Below, piece by piece: positions 18,410 through 25,799 of a stretch of DNA of 43,137 nt. The stretch covers positions 1,811-44,947 of the forward strand of contig CAYFXF010000006.1 in NCBI GenBank assembly GCA_964347085.1, given 5' to 3'. Below the pieces are notes generated by a model that was given only the letters and a program-made list of their open reading frames with translations, made no database searches and was not told where the DNA came from. The translations under genes were made by a program, and so were the position numbers. The DNA is from an uncultured Gemmatimonadota bacterium (lineage in GTDB: Bacteria; Gemmatimonadota; Gemmatimonadetes; Palauibacterales; KS3-K002). Positions within the stretch are counted from its first letter, which is position 1; each line of letters starts with the position of its first letter.

Positions 18410-21316
18410 CTAAACTCGGGTCGGGGTGAGCTCGATCTCATCGAGGAAGAGGCTGCCGCCCGAGTCGCGGCCGCGCCGGCGATCGGTACGCGTCAGCACC
18501 AGCCGGTCCTTGGCGCGGGTCATCCCCACGTACAGCAATCGGCGCGCCTCCTCGATCTCTTCCCGCACGTTGTCAGTCGCGGCGAAATAGCCGGGGATCT
18601 GATAGTCTTCAACGCCGACCACGTAGACGCGCGAAAACTCGAGCCCCTTGGTCGAGTGGAGCGTGATCAGGTTCACCCGGTGCGGGTCCGCCTCCACGCC
18701 CTCGGAACTCGAGAGCGCCACAAGCTCGAGCAGCCGCCCCACCGCCGCCTCCAAGGTGTCGGCCCGGGCCGCCGCGGTCAGCATGCCCAGGCGCGCGACC
18801 GCGGCGGGATAGCGCTCGGCCGGCGAGCGCTGCGCCCGGATCCGCTCCATCAACCGGCGACCGCCCAGCCGCTTGATGACCTCGTCGAGCTCCGGCGCCT
18901 CGACTCCGGAGCGGGCCTGCTCGCCGGTGTAGAACTCGAGGCAGTCGCTGTAGCGGCCCAGGGCGTAGGGGACGGCCAGCTCGAACAGCAGCTTGTCCTC
19001 GTCGGTACGCCGGCGCCGCGGCTCCAGCGCCAGGCCCAGCCCGAGGTAGTCGAGCAGGTTGACCAGCGCCGCCTTGCGTGCGCGGACCCGCTTCTGGCGG
19101 TTGAGCCCAACGAATACGCGGGCCAGTGTGAGCGCGTCGTCGAGCGCGTGATGCTCACGGCCGGTCGCCACGCCGAATCGCGCGGCCAGGTCGCCCAGTC
19201 TCGCGCTCTCGCGGAAAAGCGAGCGGGCGAGCGGCAGCGTGTCGAAGAAGACGAGATCGTCGAATCCGGTGAAGCGGCCGGCCGAGCGGCGCAGGACCGG
19301 CACGTCAAATCGCAGGCCGTTGTGCGCTACCAGCACGTCGTCCCCTACGAAGCGGCGGAAGCGCGGCCAGATCTCTTCGAGCGTCGGCGCACCTCGCAGA
19401 TCGGTCACAGCGTACCCGTGTTTCTCGCGCGCCTCGGCGGCGATCGGCCTATCGCAGTACACCAGAGACCTGAAGGTATCGACGACCTGGCCGTCCCGGA
19501 CGCGCGCCGCGCCGAGCTCGATGATCTCGCAGGCCGCTGGATCGAGGTCGGTCGTCTCGAGGTCGAAAGTCACGAAGTCGCGGAGCAGGTCACCGAAATC
19601 GTGGCTGTGAATGAGCTGCAGTGCCTTGAAGAGTGTGGTGGCGAGCGGTCGCTCGCCCGACGCCGGGTCGAGCACCGGGTCGCGCGGGCCGGGATCGGCC
19701 TCCCGGGTCAGGTAAGGGACCGGGGCAGGGAAACGAATTGAAGCGAACATCCCGCGCAGAGCGATGCCTCTACCGCCGGCTGGCGCGACGTAGATCGGGC
19801 GGCCTTCGGAGACGCTGCGCCTCAGTTCGTCGGCCAGCTCGCGGGCGCCCGGGAAGCCCTCGGGATCTACCAGTTCGTCGTAATGCTCCTCGAGCCGGTT
19901 TTCATAGGGTCGCACGCGCTGCGAGAGCAACTCCTCGACGATCCCGGCGAGCGAGTCGTGCGACTCGGCCAGCGCGCGCAGATTCTCGACATGGTAGATG
20001 AAGCGCCAGGCCTTCTTGGTGTCGGGATGCTCCGGCGGGTGACGGCGCGCGTAGGCGCGCAGTGCCGCTAACAGGTCGGGCCCCGGCGCCGAGCCGAACG
20101 TGCCGACCTCCGCCAGCAGGTTCTGTGGGAGCAGCCGTTGGGCGAAGGCCTCGACCGCGACCGGGTCGTCGGGCGCCACGATCACGCGCAGCGACGCCAC
20201 CACGTAGGCGATCACCGGATCGTCCAGCAGCGAGCGGCCCCGAACCAGGCGGCAGGGGACGCCCGCGGCGATGAAGCGGTCCTCCAGGTCGTCGCCGACG
20301 GCATGCCGGCGGTAGAGCAAGGCGTATGCGCCCCAGCTCTGGCCGTGGCGCTCGCGGTCAGCCAGCAAGTCGCGCAGGATCCAGTCCGCCTCAGCCACTT
20401 CGTCGGGGAAAGCATGCGCTTCTACGTCAAACGGCGAGTCGCGCTCCGCCTCGATGTCCTTACGAAAGAGCTCCGGGTTCTCGCGCAGCAGCCTGCGGGC
20501 GACCTCGAAGATCTGGCGGCTGCAACGCCAGTTGCGGTCGAGGAGTACCGGTTCTTCGATCTCAAACTCGTTCTGGAAGCGCCAGAGGAGACGCGGGTCG
20601 CTGCCACGCCAGGAGAAGATCGACTGCTCGTCGTCGCCCACGGCGAAGATGTTGCGGTGTGTCTGTACGAGCCGCTTGATGACCGAGTACTGCGCGGCGT
20701 CGAGGTCCTGGAACTCGTCTACCAGCACGTAGTCCCAGTGCGCGCCGACCTGGGAGGCGACCTCCGGGTGTCGCGTTAAGAGGTCGTCGGTAAGGGCGAT
20801 GATATCGTCGAAGTCGACGAGGTTCTTCTCGCGCAGCAGCGAGATGTAGTTGTAGAAGATCGCCTCGTCGCCCTCGCTGAGTTCGTAGCCTTGGAGGCGC
20901 CGCCGCCCGAACAGGGTGAGTAGTCCCGTGCGCCGCTTGGCCGGGTAAACGCGCAGCCGCCGCAGCAAAAGTTCCTGGTATTGGTCATCGGCTACGCCGA
21001 ACCCCGGCTTGAGCCCGGCGGCCTCGGCCCGCTCGCGGAGCAAGCCGAGACAGAGGGCATGCAAGGTGCCGCGCGTGATGAGATCGGCGCGGGCGCCGAG
21101 GCGCCGGTGCAGGCGCACCGTGACCTCCTCCGCGGCCTTATTGGTGAAGGTCACCGCGCAGATCCGCTCGGGCGCGAAGCCAAGCGACTGGATGAGATAC
21201 TCGATCCGGCGAATCAGGCAGAACGTCTTGCCGGCGCCCGGCCCGGCCAGCACGAGGATGGGCCCGGGTGGCGACTCGATGGCGTCGGTTTGGCTAGCGA
21301 ACGGTTCCAGGGCCAT
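18410..21316 (-). CDS. UvrD/Rep/PcrA-family helicase with an internal DnaQ-like DEDDh 3'-5' exonuclease domain
   Basis: Helicase motifs: AGPGAGKT, TFTNKAA, VDEFQD, GDDEQSIF, NWRC, TLHSTKGLEF, YVGMTRAKDRL. Between motifs IV and V: FDLETTD, AHNGLRFDVPVL, HHALDDA (aa ~578-738 = nt 19103..19585). Confidence 0.85.
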   Translation of the reverse strand: MALEPFASQTDAIESPPGPILVLAGPGAGKTFCLIRRIEYLIQSLGFAPERICAVTFTNKAAEEVTVRLHRRLGARADLITRGTLHALCLGLLRERAEAAGLKPGFGVADDQYQELLLRRLRVYPAKRRTGLLTLFGRRRLQGYELSEGDEAIFYNYISLLREKNLVDFDDIIALTDDLLTRHPEVASQVGAHWDYVLVDEFQDLDAAQYSVIKRLVQTHRNIFAVGDDEQSIFSWRGSDPRLLWRFQNEFEIEEPVLLDRNWRCSRQIFEVARRLLRENPELFRKDIEAERDSPFDVEAHAFPDEVAEADWILRDLLADRERHGQSWGAYALLYRRHAVGDDLEDRFIAAGVPCRLVRGRSLLDDPVIAYVVASLRVIVAPDDPVAVEAFAQRLLPQNLLAEVGTFGSAPGPDLLAALRAYARRHPPEHPDTKKAWRFIYHVENLRALAESHDSLAGIVEELLSQRVRPYENRLEEHYDELVDPEGFPGARELADELRRSVSEGRPIYVAPAGGRGIALRGMFASIRFPAPVPYLTREADPGPRDPVLDPASGERPLATTLFKALQLIHSHDFGDLLRDFVTFDLETTDLDPAACEIIELGAARVRDGQVVDTFRSLVYCDRPIAAEAREKHGYAVTDLRGAPTLEEIWPRFRRFVGDDVLVAHNGLRFDVPVLRRSAGRFTGFDDLVFFDTLPLARSLFRESARLGDLAARFGVATGREHHALDDALTLARVFVGLNRQKRVRARKAALVNLLDYLGLGLALEPRRRRTDEDKLLFELAVPYALGRYSDCLEFYTGEQARSGVEAPELDEVIKRLGGRRLMERIRAQRSPAERYPAAVARLGMLTAAARADTLEAAVGRLLELVALSSSEGVEADPHRVNLITLHSTKGLEFSRVYVVGVEDYQIPGYFAATDNVREEIEEARRLLYVGMTRAKDRLVLTRTDRRRGRDSGGSLFLDEIELTPTRV

Positions 21317-21400
21317 CGCCCTTGACGCCTCCTAGTGCTGCAGACAAACTGATCTCCAAGCTCAAGTTAAGGCCGGGGACTCACAGGGGGGATATAAGCC

Positions 21401-21676
21401 ATGCCTGACATCAAAGTGTACACTACGCCGACTTGACCCTACTGCAAACTGGTCAAGGATTGGCTAGATGAACACGGTTGCGAGTACGAGGAGGCGGACA
21501 TCACCCAAGACGTCTTCCAGCTGCGTGAGTGGCGGGCGCTCACCGGTGGCGTCGGCGTCCCGGTGGTTGCGCACGGCAAGGACTTCGTCGTTGGATTCAA
21601 TGCTGAGCGGCTCGAGATGTTGCTCGACTGCTGCCGGCATACGAGTCCGGTCGTCCTCCCCCAGGAAGAGGAATAG
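21401..21676 (+). CDS. Glutaredoxin/NrdH-like redox protein with in-frame TGA (21434-21436) at the first Cys of CPYC; candidate selenoprotein (U-P-Y-C)
   Basis: ATG 21401 with GGGGGGA (21386-21392) upstream. Translation: MPDIKVYTTPT[TGA]PYCKLVKDWLDEHGCEYEEADI...TGGVGVPVVAHGKDFVVGFNAERLEMLL..., ending at TAG 21674-21676. Confidence 0.6.
21449..21467 (+). promoter_or_regulatory. Candidate SECIS-like hairpin 12 nt downstream of the in-frame TGA
   Basis: CUGGUCAA-GGA-UUGGCUAG: 8 pairs (C49-G67, U50-A66, G51.U65, G52-C64, U53.G63, C54-G62, A55-U61, A56-U60) with a GGA loop. Paired by hand, not with a folding program. Confidence 0.35.
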
Positions 21677-21748
21677 AGCCGGCCAGCAACGTAGCATCAT
21701 CAGCGCGACCGGCCTGGCAAGCATGAGGCGGCGAAGCCCCGCCTCTGA

Positions 21749-22084
21749 GTGAGGTTCTGGCCCCGGACGCCTCGCCCAACCCTTGTCGCTTCGGCCGGAA
21801 GCCGGTTATTTTGTAAGCTAAATACCGAATCAGACCATGGTGGGCGCCGGCCGCCCAGAGGGGACAGGATCGGGACACCGCGGCACCCGAAGGGCCTCGC
21901 CACCTGCTGCCACGGCGAGGAGCCGCACGTGGTCGGCTGGCGCTTCGTGAACGAGCGCCGCGCCGTGAATCTGGACCCGAACTGCGGCTGGGCGCGCGGC
22001 AAGGCGGACGTGCTCTATGTAGCGGACGCGTTCCAGGTGCTGGCCAAGCTGAACGAGTTGCTGGCTAGCGGCTCGAGCGGGTAG
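21749..22084 (+). CDS. Hypothetical Cys-rich protein; start uncertain
   Basis: The 3' two-thirds (..ATCCHGEEPHVVGWRFVNERRAVNLDPNCGWARGKADVLYVADAFQVLAKLNELL) has coding-like G/C3. The only canonical in-frame starts are GTG 21749 and GTG 21929. A good SD (GAGGGG 21858-21863) faces ATC 21869. Confidence 0.3.
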   Translation: MRFWPRTPRPTLVASAGSRLFCKLNTESDHGGRRPPRGDRIGTPRHPKGLATCCHGEEPHVVGWRFVNERRAVNLDPNCGWARGKADVLYVADAFQVLAKLNELLASGSSG

Positions 22085-22129
22085 CTCTCGGTCGAGCGCA
22101 GTGCGTGAGAGTCGGTGAGGGAGGTTGAG

Positions 22130-22426
22130 ATGCAGATGCCGGTGATGCCCATCGATGTGACGGCCGTGGTCGCTGTCTTCATGGGAACTCTGATCGTCCT
22201 CGTGCCGGTGGCCGGCGTCACGGCCCGGTTCGCCTTGCGGCCGATCGCCGATGCGATGGCACGAGTGCGGCAGTCGCAGGGCGCCGAAGAGCGGCTGGCA
22301 CTGATGCAGCAGCGGCTCGACTTGATGGAACAGCAGCTCTTGAGCGTCGAGTCCGAGGTGCACCGCCTTCGTGAGGTGCAGGAGTTCCACGCCCAGCTCA
22401 AGGCACCGGAGCGGCCGTCGTCTTGA
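22130..22426 (+). CDS. Small membrane protein with C-terminal coiled coil
   Basis: ATG 22130 after GAGGGAGG (22117-22124). One TM (VTAVVAVFMGTLIVLVPVAGV), then a heptad-like LALMQQRLDLMEQQLLSVESEVHRL. Confidence 0.5.
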   Translation: MQMPVMPIDVTAVVAVFMGTLIVLVPVAGVTARFALRPIADAMARVRQSQGAEERLALMQQRLDLMEQQLLSVESEVHRLREVQEFHAQLKAPERPSS

Positions 22427-22469
22427 TGCGACTCGTGTGACTTAGCCTAACCGAGCTGAGGTCGAGTCG

Positions 22470-22964
22470 ATGACCCGTTTGGATCCATGGCAGGCCGGTT
22501 CGCCGCAGCCGGGAGAGAAAGGTTCGGGTAAGTGGAGCGTTGCCCACGACCTGGTCAACATGTATTTGGGGATCGCGCACCTGGCCGACAGTGAGCTGGA
22601 CCCGGAGGAACAGCGGACGTTCATGCGTAAGTTCGGTAGCTGGATGCCGGCGGTGAGTCTCGAGGGTTTCGAGCAGATCTGGGGCGAGGTGACGTCACTG
22701 TACCGTTCGCTGGGCAGCGATGAGGAACGCTACGCACTTTACCTCCAGTCGACGGTCAACCTCGCCCGGGCGCTTGGTGAGAACAAGGAGAAGCTGCGCG
22801 CGATCATCCGTGACTTGGTGGACATCGCCGGCGCGGACCGGGTGCTGCACGACAACGAGATCATCATGATCAAGGCGGCAGCGATCGCCTATGGGCTTAG
22901 CGCGGAACTTCGACTGAACGTGAAGACCGGCATCGTGGAGCTGACGCTTCGGGACGCGAACTGA
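22470..22964 (+). CDS. TerB-like domain protein
   Basis: GAGG SD. Two helical repeats with acidic motifs (LADSELDPEEQ ; IAGADRVLHDNEIIMIKAAAIAYGL) resembling TerB/co-chaperone DjlA-N type domains. Call from pattern only. Confidence 0.55.
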   Translation: MTRLDPWQAGSPQPGEKGSGKWSVAHDLVNMYLGIAHLADSELDPEEQRTFMRKFGSWMPAVSLEGFEQIWGEVTSLYRSLGSDEERYALYLQSTVNLARALGENKEKLRAIIRDLVDIAGADRVLHDNEIIMIKAAAIAYGLSAELRLNVKTGIVELTLRDAN

Positions 22965-23040
22965 ACGGCCGCCGTCACGGAAAACTGATTGTGGGAGCGC
23001 TGCAACGCTGTAATAGGTGATGTCGCCGGGAGTAGCCAAC

Positions 23041-23070
23041 AAAAAACCCGCCGAAGCTCGCTTCGCCGGG
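23041..23070 (-). terminator. Rho-independent terminator (minus strand)
   Basis: On the minus strand: CCCGGCGAAG-CGAG-CTTCGGCGGG (10-bp stem, 1 mismatch) followed by TTTTTT. Downstream of the Zn-ribbon gene. Confidence 0.6.
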
Positions 23071-23186
23071 TGAGATGGGTCGCCCGCGCGGGATGCTAGC
23101 CGCTAGTCACTAGTTTTGCCCCTGACCAGACGCCAATCGCGGGGGCGTCCGGTCCAGCGTTGTCAGGAACTCACGCGCCGTCATGG

Positions 23187-23363
23187 CTAGTGGTAGCTCA
23201 CCGATGTCAGCACGCCCTCGCCCTCCTCGTCCTCGCGCAGGAGGTACTGGGTCTCGACTTCCGCCCAGCGGATCGGCTGCTGGCACTCATGACAGAGCAC
23301 CCAGTCCTTGCCGAAACCGATCCAGACGCAGTCGGTGACGGTGTGACAGTGAGGACACTGCAT
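23187..23363 (-). CDS. Small zinc-ribbon protein (CxxC...CxxC) with acidic tail
   Basis: ATG 23363 with AAGGAG 6 nt upstream (inside ORF 23187..23411). MQCPHCHTVTDCVWIGFGKDWVLCHECQQPIRW.... Confidence 0.5.
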   Translation of the reverse strand: MQCPHCHTVTDCVWIGFGKDWVLCHECQQPIRWAEVETQYLLREDEEGEGVLTSVSYH

Positions 23364-23717
23364 TACAGGCTCCTTAAACATGGCGCCGCTCCAAGCTGGC
23401 GCTTCCCCCAAGTCCCACCCAGTTCAGGGCACACGGCGTACCAGCGGGGGGCCCAAATCGTTAAGTAGTTGGGAAATATCGAGTTAAATGCCGGTGTGGC
23501 TCGCACGGGCGGCCACGCGCACCGTTACCTCTCGGTAACTACATCGGGAACTCTGACCGGCCTCGGTTGCATTCTGCCCGATCGGGCCGGGTCGGCGGGG
23601 CGAGAGTCGGTTAAGGAAGGGGATCCCGAGTGACGGGGGCGTGGGACTCGAAGTGGCGGCCGAGCGCTGTCAGATAAGACTCGAGGGTGGTGTGGCAGCC
23701 GAGCTCACCTAACTCGC

Positions 23718-24650
23718 TCAGCGGCTGAACAATTGGCGTGCCACAAAGGCGATGTTCGCGGGACGCTCGGCGAGACGGCGCATGAACCAGGGAAACCAGG
23801 AGTCCCCATAGCTGATCAGCACACGCACCCTGTGGCCATCCGCAGCAAGCTGCGCCTGGGCCCGCCTCTGGATGCCATAGAGCATCTGAAACTCGAATGC
23901 GTCTTTCGGCAACCCGAGTCCCTCCGCACGCCCGCAGACCTGTTGAATCATTCGTGGGTCATGAGTGCCGAAGTAGACCCGCTCGCCGCGGTTCTCGCCC
24001 AGTTCTCGGAGTAAGGTGTCGGACAGCCGGACGAAGTTGGCGTCGACGTCGCTCTTGCGGCGATAGGCGAGCTGGCGTGGCTCGTTGTAAGCGCCTTTCA
24101 CCAGCCGGATCCGCGGTGCGATCGGCAACAGCGTGACCAGGTCAGCGGTCGTGCGGTACAGGTAGGCCTGAAGGCAAAGGACGACGTTGTCGTGATCCGC
24201 GCGCAGACGGCGGTACAGCTCAATCGTCCGGTCGACGTACGAGCTGTCTTCCATGTCGATCGCCACCAAGCGGCCGACTTCGGCAGCGCGCCCCGCCAGC
24301 TCGCGGTAGCGCGCGTAGGTCGCTTCGGCGTCCAGATCGAGGCCGAGCTGGGTGGGCTTGATCGAGACGTCCGCGTCGAGCCCCCGCTCATGCACTTGCT
24401 CCAGCACCTGCCGATAGTGCTGGGACACCCGATCCGCCTCCCTGGTCTCGCTCACGTTCTCGCCGAGTAGGGTCAGGATCGTGGTGATGCCGTTACGTTC
24501 GAGCTCTCGAGCTGCGCCAAGCGCCGCTTCAAAATCCTCGCCGGGCATGAAGCGCCCGACGGCCTGCCGAGTGAAGCGGCGGCGCGTCAGCTGAGCTTCC
24601 AGCCAGGGGCTGCGCGAGCCGCGCAGCAAGAGTTCGCGGGCGATCCCCAT
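23718..24650 (-). CDS. Proline dehydrogenase (monofunctional PRODH)
   Basis: ORF 23718..24680, ATG 24650 preferred. LGENV, IKPTQLG, AIDMEDS, LQAYLYRT, RLVKGAY, FGTHD, EFQMLYG motifs. Confidence 0.85.
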   Translation of the reverse strand: MGIARELLLRGSRSPWLEAQLTRRRFTRQAVGRFMPGEDFEAALGAARELERNGITTILTLLGENVSETREADRVSQHYRQVLEQVHERGLDADVSIKPTQLGLDLDAEATYARYRELAGRAAEVGRLVAIDMEDSSYVDRTIELYRRLRADHDNVVLCLQAYLYRTTADLVTLLPIAPRIRLVKGAYNEPRQLAYRRKSDVDANFVRLSDTLLRELGENRGERVYFGTHDPRMIQQVCGRAEGLGLPKDAFEFQMLYGIQRRAQAQLAADGHRVRVLISYGDSWFPWFMRRLAERPANIAFVARQLFSR

Positions 24651-24799
24651 CCCTCCAACCTCCAGCTCCGGCAGCAGCAAGGCGAGCGCTCGGAGATCTT
24701 AGCCTTCGACGCGGGGCGAATCCAGGTGTGCGGGGTGTCGGGCGGCGCGGCCGTCGGCCGCAGCGCCGGCCGGGTGTCGACTGGATGTCGATCGCGACC

Positions 24800-24829
24800 T
24801 TGACGTCTGTCGGACGTTTGTGGTACACT
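24800..24829 (+). promoter_or_regulatory. Candidate carH promoter with operator-like TGTGGTACA overlapping the -10
   Basis: TTGACG (24800-24805), 18-nt spacer, TACACT (24824-24829). TGTGGTACA at 24819-24827. ATG only 13 nt after the -10 (near-leaderless). Confidence 0.35.
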
Positions 24830-24841
24830 TGCGCTGGACAG

Positions 24842-25783
24842 ATGGCTGAGTCGAGCGAAAGCCGCCGCAAGCGGCATCCGATACAGGTGGTAGCGCGCCG
24901 GACGGGGCTGAGCCCGGACGTGCTGCGCGCTTGGGAGAAGCGCTACGGCGTGGTGGAACCGGGCCGCTCGGAGGGCGGACGCCGGCTATACTCGGATGAG
25001 GACATCGAGCGGCTGCGGCTGTTGCGGCGCGCGAGCCGGGTGGGCCGGCGGATCAGCCAGGTGGCCTTGCTGGGCACCGAGCAGCTCTCCGGGCTGGTGG
25101 AGGAGGACGAGCGCGAGGAGATCGAGACGGCGCCGGAGGGCGCTGGCGAAGCGACGGCAGCGGACGGTTTGCTCAAGGCGAGTCTGGCGGCGATGGAGCG
25201 ACTGGATGGGCGGGAGCTCGAGTCGACGCTCAATCGAGCCCTGGTGAGCCTCAGCGCTGCGGTGTTGATCGAGCAGGTCGCTTCGCCGCTCTTACGACGG
25301 GTCGGTGAACTGTGGGTGGAGGGGTCGGCGCGGCCGGCGCAGGAGCATTTGGTCTCAGCCGTGTTGCTGCGGGTTTTGGGCAAGTTGATCGAGAACGCGG
25401 AGGCCTCGAGCGCGGCCCCGGCGATCGTCGTAACGACGCCGGCGCACCAGGAGCACGAGTTCGGCGCGCTGTTCGTAGCGGCGACCGCGGCGGCGGAGGG
25501 GTGGCGGGTCATCTACCTGGGCGCCAATCTGCCGGCCGACGACATCGCGGCGGCAGTGCGCGAGACGGGCGCCGAGGCTGTGGCCGTGAGCATCGTGTAT
25601 CCGCCGGATGACGAAGAGATGGGTGACGAGCTGCGCGAGCTTCGGCTCAAGCTACCCCCGGCGGTCCCCGTTCTCGTGGGCGGTGCGGCGATCTCTTCCT
25701 ATCGCACGGTTCTCGACGAGATCGAGGCGATCGAACTCAGCTCGCTGGAAGAGCTACGCTCCATGCTGGCTGGGTTGCGCTGA
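24842..25783 (+). CDS. carH: MerR-family, B12-binding light-sensing regulator (CarH/LitR type)
   Basis: MerR HTH IQVVARRTGLSPDVLRAWEKRYG..RLYSDEDIERL. Wx9EH (ELWVEGSARPAQEHLV, nt 25313-25348). B12 module TTPAHQEHEFGA...SIV...LVGG. Confidence 0.8.
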   Translation: MAESSESRRKRHPIQVVARRTGLSPDVLRAWEKRYGVVEPGRSEGGRRLYSDEDIERLRLLRRASRVGRRISQVALLGTEQLSGLVEEDEREEIETAPEGAGEATAADGLLKASLAAMERLDGRELESTLNRALVSLSAAVLIEQVASPLLRRVGELWVEGSARPAQEHLVSAVLLRVLGKLIENAEASSAAPAIVVTTPAHQEHEFGALFVAATAAAEGWRVIYLGANLPADDIAAAVRETGAEAVAVSIVYPPDDEEMGDELRELRLKLPPAVPVLVGGAAISSYRTVLDEIEAIELSSLEELRSMLAGLR

Positions 25784-25799
25784 CTTCGATCGCGCCGCT

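Noticed and set aside
21434-21436. Reading the in-frame TGA as Trp (genetic code 4/25) or as a simple nonsense mutation
   Set aside because: TGA clearly functions as stop in many neighbouring genes, including the ATGA overlaps, so a recoded genome is excluded.
A plain pseudogene cannot be excluded. It is disfavoured because the TGA is exactly at the redox Cys, the downstream fold motifs are intact, and a hairpin sits at SECIS distance.
21680-21830. Possible tRNA-Sec (selC) or other tRNA next to the candidate selenoprotein gene
   Set aside because: Neither strand shows a GGTTCGA-type T-loop, a U-preceded UCA anticodon loop, or an acceptor/T-arm arrangement. Only simple hairpins are present.
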